From Oikopleura dioica (lineage: Eukaryota > Animalia > Chordata): a DNA stretch of 64,000 nt. Location: contig OU015566.1 in the NCBI GenBank assembly GCA_907165135.1, positions 5,518,001-5,582,000 on the forward strand, given 5' to 3'. Below are positions 1 to 11,400 of this stretch, in pieces (the stretch's first letter is position 1; every line of letters starts with the position of its first letter). Position numbers and translations under genes: made by a program. The notes beneath the pieces are model-generated. The model saw only the letters and a list, made by a program, of their open reading frames with translations. It did not search any database and was not told where the DNA came from.

Positions 1-60
1 AAAAATAGACTGAATGATAGGGTCGAGTATATTTTAGCGCGTAAAGCGGAAAGAGCCGGC
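1..60 (-). promoter_or_regulatory. ~60-bp cassette shared with the upstream regions of both CAP genes; orientation implies a gene to the left of the window
   Basis: AAAATAGACTGAATGATAGGGTCGAGTATATTTTAGCGC nearly identical to 5845-5883 and homologous to the reverse complement of 460-521. Confidence 0.5.
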
Positions 61-267
61 GGAGATATCTCTAGTTGTTGTAAAAATCTTTCAATCTTCA
101 ATAAATCGGTTAATTGTTTATTTATTGACATCATAAAACAGTCTTGAGTTGGTGCATTCTATCATGCCGCATTCTTTGTAATTGCACCTCACCCTAACCA
201 TAACTTATGGTCCATAAGGCGACAGGTTGATTGGCCTCAAAATTCGGCCAATTATGATGTGAATTTG

Positions 268-425
268 TAACCCTAACCCTACTCCTGACCCGGGGGCTTC
301 GAGCCCCCCTCCGTTCCCCGGGACCCCTGTTGTTAAAACTTTTAACTTAACTTTTAACTTAAAAGTACGCAGTCCCTGACCCCTACCTCCTTGTCTAGGG
401 GACTTCGCCCTCTTGGAACCCCCCA
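268..425. repeat. Two tandem copies of a CCCTAACCC / GGGGCTTCGAGCCCCC / CCGGGACCCC module (probable transposon relic)
   Basis: Hairpin GGGGGCT-TCG-AGCCCCC at 292-308, telomere-like TAACCCTAACCCT at 268-280, degenerate second copy 375-425; same motif order as the centre of the 63799-64000 foldback. Confidence 0.5.
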
Positions 426-459
426 TATTCATATTTTTGCATAGTTAAGAGCATTTCTT

Positions 460-521
460 GCCGGCTCCTTTCCGGTCTAAGCGTCAAAATATACGAACCC
501 CCGTGATCAAGTCTATTTTTT
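460..521 (+). promoter_or_regulatory. Shared CAP upstream cassette (contains TTCCGG, ETS-like)
   Basis: GCCGGCTCCTTTCCGGTCTAAGCGTCAAAATATAC..GTCTATTTTT ~127 nt before ATG 648; homologous copy ~85 nt before the second CAP ATG. Confidence 0.55.
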
Positions 522-647
522 GAATTCAAGCTCACGTATCGGGGTCGCTTCCTGTTCAAATGATATATAATATTGCGGTACGCATTCAATTTATTTTCTA
601 AAAGAGTAGAAAGATTGATTTGCGTCTCTCTCAAAAATAAGAGAAAA

Positions 648-1896
648 ATGGTCGACAAACGCAACAAGCCTCCTCCTAAAGGCCCTCCCCCAAAAAATCC
701 CGGAGTAGAGGATGAAAAAGCTTCTAAAGACAACCGAACCAGTACCGACCCCCTTGACGACCCGATGTTGGCTGCTGCAATGGAGGCAGACCCAAAGATG
801 GCTGAAGCAATGATGGCTAGAGGAATGAGTAAGAACGATCTTACTGCATTGATCGATGCTCTGAATGAAAAGTACAATAATGAAATGTAAGAGAATACAT
901 TTTTATTAAAAATAGTAAAGCTCATTTTAAGACCACATAATGAGACAGGCAATGACCTAGACGACGACAAAGAAGGAATGGGTGCACTGGTGGACTCCTT
1001 GGGATTGAATGGAACCAACGAGAAGTAATTTTAAATACCAGGGACGAATAACCAAGCTTACTTTTAGCACTGTCCTGGGAGGTACCATTGTTCTTGAAAA
1101 GCCGGAGGAAGTTCCCGAGAGTGAATTGGACACCGAAGCTGTGATCAGACTCCTTCGACTTGATAGGGACGCTTTGAATGCTGGACGAGAGGCCTGCTTA
1201 TTGGCGCACAATGAGAAGCGTCGTCGTCACGAGGACACTCCTGATATGGCTTCTAAAGTAGGAGTTATTTTAAAGAAGGATTTTTTCTTATAATTAATTA
1301 TAATTAAGTTTGGCGATCGAATAAATGAAGGCGCTCAACATTGGGCGGAACAACTCGCATCTGGTGCTCAATTTGGTTATCAACCAAATATGTGAGAATT
1401 TTATTGAAACATTCAAGAACATTTTTCCTTAGACCCTTTGGAGAAAACATCTACCGTGCAGCTTTACCGAATCCGGTAAGAACAGCAAATGCAGAAATGT
1501 TTGTCACCTTTGCGCAATGGGCTGTCGAGGCGTGGTATAACCAGGTCGACAACTACGACTTCGCAAAACGATCGAGACTCATGGACGAAAGCCACATGAA
1601 CACATCTGTCGGTTCTTTCACCCAGGTCATTTGGAGAGAGTCCAGAATTCTTGGTGTTGGAATCGCCCTTTCGCCTGATGGAAGAGCTTTTTACGGTATT
1701 AAATGCGGATCTTTTTCAACTGTTCAATTATATTTCAGTTGTTTGTCGATACTATCAAAAAGGCAACATCGAAGAAATGGCGTTCCGAAATGTAGGAGCG
1801 CTGAAACCCCAATATCAAAACAGCAGCGGACGATCAAGCACTGGACCCCCAAGCAGCGGACCACCAAGCGGAAAAGCGATGAAATCAAAATGGTGA
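648..1896 (+). CDS. CAP/SCP (GAPR-1/GLIPR2-like) protein with low-complexity N-terminal extension, 6 exons
   Basis: Spliced via short GT-AG introns: AHNEKRRRH, FGENIY, AVEAWYNQVDNYDF, GSFTQVIWRESRILGVGIA, VVCRYYQKGN; no signal peptide. Confidence 0.85.
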
Positions 1897-2078
1897 TGAT
1901 CAAAAACAAAAGAAATAAATAAAAATCTGTAATCGACTTTAACTTTCAGTATATCAAACGGCCTGATCATTTTTGAAATTCTTAAATTAATAAATGATGC
2001 ATAAAATTGACAACTTTATGCTTTGGTATGACAACGTATGATTTCACTGTCTTGACAACATCGTTTCTTCGACGAAGA

Positions 2079-2725
2079 AAAAAAATTTCGCGGGCATGGA
2101 AATCGTCAAAAAACTTCTTGTCTAGTTTTGAAGAGCTCGTCGAGACGAGTCGAATGATATATAAAACTCCAGATAGTTTTAAGATTTTCCGCCAAAAAGT
2201 GATAAGAAGGTGTCTTATCAAAAATTTTCTGACCGGCGCCGTTTTTGTTCGAGAAAAGCTGAGGTGATGCTTGACCCCGGAAAATGATCCTCATGGTCTG
2301 GTCTATTCCGGCAAAAATTTCAGCTCGTCCTCACATATCCTGCTGTGCTTATCAGCGAAAAATCAAAAAAATAGTGCATTTTGTTGTCGCTGCACGTTCC
2401 TAGTTTCCGGCCAATTTACAGTCCCATTTTCCTTGGAAAATGAAATTTAACGATAAACTCGGCTGGGTAAATGATGACGAGCTGAAATTTTTGCCGGAAT
2501 AGACCAGACCATGAGGATCATTTTCCGGGGTCAAGCATCACCTCAGCTTTTCTCGAACAAAAACGGCGCCGGTCAGAAAATTTTTGATAAGACACCTTCT
2601 TATCACTTTTGGCGGAAAATCTTAAAACTATCTGGAGTTTTATATATCATTCGACTCGTCTCGAAGAGCTCTTCAAAACTAGTCAAGAAGTTTTTTGACG
2701 ATTTCCGAGCCCGCGAAATTTTTTT
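2079..2725. mobile_element. Foldback element: ~250-bp near-perfect inverted arms with ~146-bp spacer
   Basis: 2079-2329 is the reverse complement of 2476-2725 with few mismatches; no target-site duplication evident. Confidence 0.8.
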
Positions 2726-2980
2726 AAAAATCATCCGTGAAACACTTGACATGTCCTTGGAACAGCGAATTAACAAGTGCTGCACATGCGTTTTCTCAAT
2801 TAACGATTGCTCAAAACGGAATGTCTAAGCGGCTCGAAACAAAGAAGTTTCGCCGTCATGTTTGCCATAACATCAGCGGCTTGTACCTCTGAGCCCGTAT
2901 ATAATCAACCGAATTCGTTCACAAGCTCATCTTTATACATTTGCTCTATTAGAAATTATTTTTCTATAAAATAGGGAAAA

Positions 2981-4463
2981 ATGAAGCTCTCACAGTTTCT
3001 TCTCGCCACCAGCGTTGCCGCCAATTACGACAAGAGATTTCAGAATTTTGCAGCACAAGTTCAAGCGGAGCGGGCTCAACTTTGCTCGGATAAGATAAAG
3101 GAGACGAGAGACAAGCTACTCATTCAAAATGGATATTGGAACTGTCCCAGTCTCGACGAGATCAAGTCGAAGATGGAGTGCTTTCCACAATGCAACGATG
3201 GATTTAAAAAACTTGGCAAACTAAGCCAAGTAGAATTCAACCGAAACTTGAGGCAACATGCTACAAGTCGCCAAAGATCGAAATGAAGTAAGATAAAAAT
3301 AAAGATCACGATATATCATATATGTTTTCTTAAGAAATCTTTCTTCAAAAACTTCACTCTCCTGTGCTGAAGATCTTCCTGATGTCAAGCCACCTCATCC
3401 GTGTCAAGCCAAAGCTGACACGATCGACATTTTGGACGGAGCTCTCGTTTTGACGGAAGAAATCAGCCGAAAGAGGGCGAAATTCAACGTTGTCTGCGAT
3501 GATGGAACTGTGAAAGGCGAAGTCATCTGTGCAAAGCAGAAGAAAGGCGTGTTTTTCAAAGCGCCGACTTGGAGCGATCAGATCACGTGGCAAGACTCTT
3601 GGACAGGAATTTGCAGAGAGTTCGCCCCACTGAGCAACTCGATCAGCCCTGGTCTTCAAACTTGCTCCGAGTCGGAGAACTTCCCCGAACTGGCAGGTCC
3701 TATGGGAAAAATCGTCGGTGGAGTCCAAGTCCTCGAGAATGAGTGGCCTTGGATTGCTCAGTTGAAGTTCGACTTAAATGATGGGCAGGAGAGACTTTGC
3801 GGAGGAAGCGTCATTGCCAATAGATGGGTCATCAGCGCCGCCCATTGTTGTCTGGACGTTCAGAGAGTCGTCGGGCGGTTCGGAGATTTGAAGGCGATGG
3901 AATCTGACAGCAACGAATACGAGCTCGAAGCCAGCGCCTGGTTCAATCATGCCGAGTACGACCATTATGCCTATGATAAAAACAACGATGTCTGCCTGAT
4001 CAAATTCAACGACGACATCATCGCTAGTGACCCAGACAGCAAAGTTCAAGCTGCTTGTCTCCCAAAAGCAGACAAGCAACATGGCGCCGGTTGCTGGGTT
4101 GCTGGCTGGGGATCTCAATTTTTCGGGGGATTTGCAAATCCAGATCTCCACTCTGTTGGAGTGAATGTCTTCAGCGCTGAATACTGCATTGCGAATTCCC
4201 CCTCGATCTTCTTCCTCGAAGCTGACGACATCTGCGCCTACAAACCAGATCTAAATGGCGATGGAATGCTCGATGGTGGTGCCGCCGCTTGCAACGGAGA
4301 TTCCGGCGGACCTCTCATCTGCCCAACCAATGGAAAAGCAACTCTGGTCGGTCTCGTTTCAAGAGGAATCGGCTGCGCCTGGGCAGGATTTCCGAATAAG
4401 TACACTTCGACCTTCGTTACTTCTAGTTGGATCCAAGAGACTGTCGCCGCAAACGGACTTTAA
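2981..4463 (+). CDS. Secreted S1-family serine protease with Cys-containing N-terminal pro-region
   Basis: Signal-like MKLSQFLLATSVAA; IVGG, AAHC, NDVCL, GDSGGP; 47-nt intron 3288-3334. The frame change near 3206-3270 needs either a 38-nt intron or one extra A in the A6 run. Confidence 0.9.
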
Positions 4464-4878
4464 GATTACTTGCCCATCTTTTATCTGTAACACTTCTCTC
4501 TCAATCGACAACTTCTGAGCGTCAAGCCTGCCCGAGCAAATTAAACTCATTCTTGGGAGTCTCGTGATAAGCTTAGTTTTGGCCCCAAATAGCCATACCT
4601 GCTCCTCTTTATTATGAATACATGAAAATGATCTATCAGAAGTCTTGTTTATTGCACGCAGGCTGGTATCTCAATTTCAATTAAATTGTTTACTGTCTTA
4701 GCGCTTGAAGTCTCTCTTTTTCTGTTGGTATTTTTTTGAACATTCAATAACTGCATTGATAAACAAATATTCCGAGTACAAGAAATTTTATTGAAAAAAA
4801 AAACAGTCATCAGGTTTCGCTCTTTTCCAAAATTTAGAATTGATTAAATTCAGTGTAGCTAACTTCCAGGAACGGTTT

Positions 4879-5761
4879 TTAGGAACAGCTCTCGATTAAT
4901 TGTCCGACTTGTTGAGCTCGTTGACCTACGATATTGCCTTCTTGGAAGTATCGGCAAACAACTTAAAATAAAATTTTATATTCAATAATTTAATGATATC
5001 ATGTTGTTAATTAATATATTTTGTTTATAATTTCCGGCCCCTACCAACGATATAATTGCCATCTTTCTCTAGCGCGATTCCAACACCGAGGATTTGGGAT
5101 GTTTTCCAGATTAACTGAGTGAAACTACCAACTTTCTTGTTGTTCAAATTTGTATGATTCTCGAAGTCGTAATCTTCGATTTGCTGGTACCAGCGATTGA
5201 CGCAATCTTCTCCAGTATGTTGGAAATCGGCCAAGGTCATGTAATCTAAGTCACTTTGCAGGTTGATTAAGACGATGTTCTCTCCACAGACTCTTTTAAA
5301 AATCGATTATTAGGTAACTAGTAGTAGGCGATAACCTGTTTTCTGGATCATAGCCGTATTCTTCACCGGCTGCAATTTTATCGGCCCAATCTTGTGCTCT
5401 TCTGTTAGCATGTTTGTTGAGCTTAACAATTGAAAATAAAAATAAAGGACATACTTTAATCATACAATCATAGGATTTGTCCCTTCGTGTAGCTCGCGCT
5501 TCTTGTTGTGAAACTCAAGAGCTTTGTTTCGTCCAGCTTGAATAGCTTCCATGTCAAGTTGAAAATACTGCGAAATTTCAATTGCGTCTTGCACGGTATA
5601 AGCGACTTGCAGGACTTCATCCGGCATACCTTCAAGGATATATCCGTTTTCTGGGATCTCGGCTGGGCTTGAAGTACTTTAGTCGAGTTTATTTCAAGTT
5701 CTCTGTCTTACGCGGTTGTTAACGCTGTTACAACTGCTTCAACGGTATCAAGGGCGCTCAT
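4879..5761 (-). CDS. CAP/SCP (GAPR-1-like) paralog 2, 5 exons
   Basis: FHNKKRELH, CGENIV, CVNRWYQQIEDYDF, GSFTQLIWKTSQILGVGIA, VVCRYFQEGN; canonical short introns. Confidence 0.85.
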
Positions 5762-5844
5762 TTTTCTGGAGAACGATATCTTCGGCCGGCACCACGAGTA
5801 TTTACGTGCGTGAACCGGAAGCGACCCAGATACGAGTGACTTTG

Positions 5845-5903
5845 AAAATAGACTGAATGAGAGGGTCGAGTATATTTTAGCGCTTAGACCGGAAACGAGC
5901 CGC
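5845..5903 (-). promoter_or_regulatory. Shared CAP upstream cassette
   Basis: Homologous to 1-60 and 460-521; same orientation relative to its gene. Confidence 0.55.
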
Positions 5904-5956
5904 AGAGGAATGCTCTGAACTTCGCAAAAAACTGAAAAGCCTGATGTTTCAACACT

Positions 5957-6495
5957 TTATTTTTGCGCAGTCACAAACTTTATCATTGACCGTATATTTA
6001 TCATAGTATACTTTATCATAGCCGTATAGCACTCGAATCCATTGGAAAAGGGGTCCATGCAAAGAAAGCATTCAGAAGAGCAGCTGTTTTGGCAAATATT
6101 TGCGCCGTAGAAAAACTTCATCTTCGAGCAACTAAACAAGGGCCTTCATTTTCAACATACTCTCACTCTCTTACGTCGGAATTCCTTTGCTGAATTCGCA
6201 GCAATAGCTGTCACATGAATCTGGATCTTGGCATTTCGCGACGCAATTTTTGAATCCCGTGATGCAGGAAAACTTGCATTCTCCGCCAGGACAGCTTCTC
6301 AGACATGCACTAAGGTCAGTTTGGCATTTATTAGGGCACTCAGTTGCCTCTGCATCTAATGAAAATTATGAGTTTGAAGGGGATGAACACTGAGAGAAAA
6401 ACTTGATTCATGATCTCTTATTCATGAATTTCGGCCTTACATTTTGTGAAAAAGCAAAAAGAAAAAAGAAGAAAAACTGCTGCCCTGATCATCAT
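5957..6495 (-). CDS. Small secreted cysteine-rich protein with repeated CxxxC motifs, 3 exons
   Basis: MMIRAAVFLLFSFCFFTK|YAEATECPNKCQTDLSACLRSCPGGECKFSCITGFKNCVAKC...; GT-AG introns 6356-6440 and 6132-6174; TATA-like TTTATAAA upstream. Confidence 0.75.
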
Positions 6496-6693
6496 TTGCT
6501 TTCCCTGCGTTTTCCTGCTCTTTATAAACCGAAAGCGCTCTATCCGAAGATTAATTAATTCTGACAGAGGCTGTGAGACAGCGCCCGACTATCAGCTCCT
6601 TTATCCGTCTCAACTATTCAATATTGGCGTCTGTAACTGTTTTTTTTATTTTTGATTGAAATTAATTTATACATTGTTAAATTGAGCTTATCT

Positions 6694-7981
6694 TCAATTA
6701 TTATTGATTTCTTCTCGTTTCTTGTCAATTGAAGCCTTCAAATTTTTGTACGATTCCTTCACTTCTTCTTCCACTCCAAGTGCTTTTGCGAGTCTCAGGG
6801 CACCATCATCAGCGTTGCCGCACTACAATCCAATTAAGACCTATTCAAGCTGTTGGTAAATACATAGAATGCATCAGCAGTTCTCCTCCTGTCCTCCTTG
6901 AAGCTTCCAACGAGCTCCCTGTTGATCAAAATCCTCGGGCAGTCGTTGCCAACCCCATCTGGGATTCCCCCGACTGGATAGACATACAATGAAGTACCCA
7001 TCACAATCATCAAATCGCATTCCTCCAAATCATCGTTTAGCAAATCATGAAACCTGTCTGGAAGACCTTCCCCAAAGAAGACGATGTCAGGCTTCACATA
7101 GGCGCGGTCATTTCTGTCCTCACAAGATGTGCATTCCATTACTGTGCCAGCTCGGAGCATAGGATGCACTTCGGAATTTGGGTACACTTTCTTGCATCTT
7201 TTCGGAGGATCAAGAAAAAGAATAAATGCCTTTGTTGATGTAAACTGTCAGTTTGACTGTCAGACAGATCGTATTCCCTGTATTCTTAAGATGATCTTTT
7301 TTAATCTCTTCCTAGTGCATCTCGAACTGGCGAAAGATCCGTGCGCTTCGACCAGCTTTTCTTCCTCTAAACCGGCTAATCGCTCAAGACCGTCGATATT
7401 CTGCGAATAGATTCTTTTCAAAATGCCAAGTTTGCCGAGTTGAGCGATGAAGTGATGAGTGATAGTTGGAGCATAGAGACCAGGTAGGAGTTCTTTGGAG
7501 AGGGTGTAAAAGGCTTGCGGTCTTTTCTTGAAGTACTTGATGTCGAATACAGCTTCTGGGTAAGGGAGGTTGTATCGCTCCAGATTGCTGAGATTCAGAA
7601 TATTCAAACACAGTCATATTTGCGAGTTTACCTGTAAAGCCCAGTTCCTGGCGTTCTGAAATCTGGAATTCCCGCGGAAGTGCTTATTCCCGCTCCAACC
7701 ACCATCACGATATTCTTCACCTTCCCTTCTTTCAATAATGCTTCGACATCTTCAATTTCAAATTCATTCGCCAATTCACCGCCAGAACTCGAAGACGAGC
7801 TTGAAGTTGACTCGTCGTCGCTTTTACTGTCTTTTAAGTCGATTTTCTGAATGCACTCGCTCAGCTCATCTGTCATCTTTCTTCTTGTAACTGTACTTGA
7901 AACTGCTCTGGATTGAAATTTGTTTTTCGGAAAGATTCGAGTAAATGGCAGTTGCTTGAGATTTCTGAAGAGAGAATTCAT
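6694..7981 (-). CDS. SIRT2/3: Class Ib NAD-dependent deacylase (SIRT2/SIRT3-like sirtuin)
   Basis: [24 protein letters not shown], two CxxC zinc pairs, [17 protein letters not shown]; introns 7588-7631 (GT-AG), 7198-7311 (GA-AG) and one near 6820-6860. Confidence 0.95.
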
Positions 7982-8407
7982 TTTTTCATAACTTAGCAAC
8001 GCCAACACTAAAAATGATAATCCAAATTCTTATTCAATGCTTTGGCAAGCGCTTTTGTTTTGCGACTGAAATTGGAATTTTATTAGAAACACAGAAAGGG
8101 CGTTTTGGAAAAGGCACCAAATTATACACATTGGATTCTTATGATTGTCAGTAAGCTTCTTTAGATAAGAGATAGTCTGATTGATAGGCTTGATGGACGA
8201 TTTTTTTGTTTATTTAGATTTTGAACCATTGTGAACATAAATTAACTTTACAAGCAGGTCATTGTTTTCGCATCCCGTTTTTTGGCGAGATACAGTGAGG
8301 TTACAGCGGTAGGTGACATTTTTTGTTTGTACAGAGAAATAGAAAGTGAACTTGTGCGAATTGAAGTGGTGAAGTAGAAGAGAAGCAGAATTTGCGATTA
8401 AAATATT

Positions 8408-11400
8408 TTAATCTGACGATTTTGTGGAATCGAGGAAGACGATGAAGGGACCGGGAACCAGGCCGCAGCTTTCTTTTCCTGTTTCTGGATGTTTCCTGAA
8501 AAGATCGTGAATCTTGTGACTCTTGTCTTGTGAGTAGCTTACATTCTCGCGAGGTACCAGCCATCATGCAGCGGATCATTTTGAACATCGTAAAAGTACT
8601 GTCCCACCTCGAAAGTCAGTTCGTCCGGATTATCCGCTTTGCAAGCATACTTCGCCTTTGCCCTGGTCGCCAGTTCAAAAGCAGAGGAACTCTTGTGCAT
8701 CACCGCCGGAGACGCGGACGGTTGAGGACTGTGAAGCTCGGTATGCAACGGATCCGGCTCCCCAAAAATACTTCCTGCATCTTTGGAGCTTTGTTTTCGC
8801 AAAATCGAAGGGCGAACGTGGTCGGACTCGTTGCCAGTCGGTCGACGCTGGATTCTGGAGGAGCCCTTGTTGAGGCTCTTTGAGCGGATGCTCGTTATCG
8901 GGCTCTTTTGGATGTTATCCGGCATTGCTCCCGGAGTCACCAAAATATTGAAATCGGTGTCGGTTTTGTGCTTTTCCCGGATGTCTTCCATTTCGCTACT
9001 TCTGAATTTTAATTGTTGCTTGAATATCTTGATACATTTTTGTCTGGGCTCGGCAGCCTTTGCTCTCTCAAATCCCGCCTCAGATTTTCTACATAGGCTG
9101 TCGAGCCCAGTTTTTACAGAGTCCCTAACTTACGATTTCTGGAGCCTCTGCCTCGTGAGCGTGACTTTCCCACCATCTGCCGACGAATTGAGCTCCTCGT
9201 TGCTCCCGTCAATCGTCAGCGAGTTGTCAAAATCCTCGGAGCTTGAATTAGTTGCAGTCGAAGACGAGGAGTTCTTTTTGCTCACAAATGCTCTTGGAAT
9301 GGCGGGACTTCGATTGTCGTCGGTAGTTTCGGATTCGTCGATGTCGGGGATTTTTGAACTTTCGGAAAATTCGGCGATTTTCTGCGGCGTCAGGTGATAA
9401 TGAAGATTGTCGTACTCGCTCCGACGGTTTTGGCTTTCTCTTCTACTATCAGATGGCAGTGACGATCTGAAAAATGTACGTAAACTACATGTCTTGTAGT
9501 AAATCTGTTGTAATGAAATAAAAGATCTTCGTTTCTACTAGAGGGTCAGATGTCTAGACAACAAGAAATTTTCTGACGACACCTCGAAGAATTCTTGATG
9601 TCTTTGCCAAGAAGAAACAGAAGAAAGCTTATTCAGTATTTCAAAATAAGGGTATACCACCGGATATATATTCACAAAACCGACCGCATTTCACCAGATA
9701 AAAAACGTTCTATCACCATCAATTTTACCAGACATACAAAACGCGCAAAAATGAGTGTCTCGCTACAACTGAAGCTCCTCGTCTTCGTTTCCCGAAAAGT
9801 CAGTTTCGGTAAAGTCAGATTCAGGAAGAGCGACGAGAAAGTTTCCCCTCTTTCTTTCTCTTCCGAAAAATTGGAAATGTCCATTTCTAGGGCTTCGAAT
9901 GTTTCGAGCACATTTGGAAGACGGGAAACGCGAGCTCCACTGGCTGTAGTCCCTCCTGACTGTACAGGAGGCAACTCAGACTTGTCAAAGTGAACGAACA
10001 ATGAGATTCTAGTGAGTTAGTAACATATATTCACATTAAGCAGCGACATTTATTCGTAAATGCTTACCTAGAAGTTGTTCGATTGGACAAGGAAAAGGAA
10101 TGCTTCTGAAGAGTCTGGTTCATAGTCTTGATTTCTTCTGACGTTTGAAAGAAGGAATCGTGCTTTTCTATCAGCAACTCGACCACTGTACATTGGTATT
10201 TGACATCTTGTAGTCCAGCTAAATATTTTCGATATTTCTCATCTTCTATCTATTGACTTTACCGATCGTTTCTTGCTTCGCCCACATAAAGGCAGGCCCA
10301 AAACAGACGGAAATATTTTGGGCTGACATTTTGTTCACACTATCGTTCGCAGCGACTTTCACTGAAGGAAGATAATAAGCATTCGATGACTTCAGCAACT
10401 GTAAGAATCTGCGTGGAACGAACCTAAATGCTCGCAGATCATTTTCAGCACGACTTTGTTGACTTCTGGCAGCGTTTGTAAAATGCCCTTGAACTCTTCT
10501 GATTTGACATCGATTTCCACATCGTTGTTTCGAAAGATGTCTGAACAAAAAATGAGAATGGGTCAGCAGCGAATTCTTCTTGAAATAAGTCCAGTTGGAA
10601 TCAAGAAAAACTGGTCGGTTCTGTTTTGTGTTTTCTGAAGCCAAAATGAAAAATACTCGTGAAGATAATTGTGATGACTTGATAACTGATAATTGATTTT
10701 TAAAAAAGTAACTGTTACCTTCTCCAATTGCTGGTGTTAGTAACCTTGGTAAGCAAAATTAAGTCGGCTTGGGCGTTGAATTACCTATGATTGTCTCGTG
10801 ATTTTCAAAGGTGAGAATGGGCTCGCGTAAGTTCCGAAAAAGCGCCTTGATCGCTGACATAATCGTCCGCACCTCGCAGTTGTTCAGGTCGACGCTGTTC
10901 GAGGGATCGATGATTTTCTTCAGCAAGTTGTCGACTTTTGACTGGACTGCCACGGTGCTAGAAGCTTTGATAAATAAGGCAGTTGGTTTTAACAAAAGGA
11001 TTTCAAGATTTGAACTAACCGATAAGCTCCTTCCATTTCTAGCCCACCACCAGACTCGACATGCGTGATGCATTCTTGCAATCTGCCTGAAGAAAGAAAA
11101 AGTAAATATCTACAGAAAGTACGCATTTTAGCAACATACCGACAATATGGTCGTCTAGCTCAATATTATGACTGGCGCATGAAATGCCTCCCGAGCCGGG
11201 GTCGACGTAAACTCTTGGGTTCCCACCGGTATTGCACGAAACGAGCTGCTGCCAACGCTTGAATTCTTCTTCGCTTGCTGCTTGGAAGGTCAGACACTTT
11301 GAGTCGCCCTGCTTGTTGTCGCTCACTAAAACGGAGACTTTTAAGTTTGATCAAGAATTTTTTTCAAAATTACCGGCTTTTCCTTGGGTTGACCCCATTT

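Noticed and set aside
1-521. 1-60 and 460-521 as TIRs of one transposon
   Set aside because: Each matches parts of the 5845-5903 copy better than they match each other, and the positions track CAP start codons
5978-6025. Triple TTTATCAT (GATA-like) repeat as an enhancer
   Set aside because: Lies within the C-terminal codons of the Cys-rich gene; no independent support
8783-9397. 204-aa plus-strand ORF, and other antisense ORFs such as 25806-26666, 3774-4151 and 57511-57816
   Set aside because: Shadows of real exons on the opposite strand; no domain or splice support
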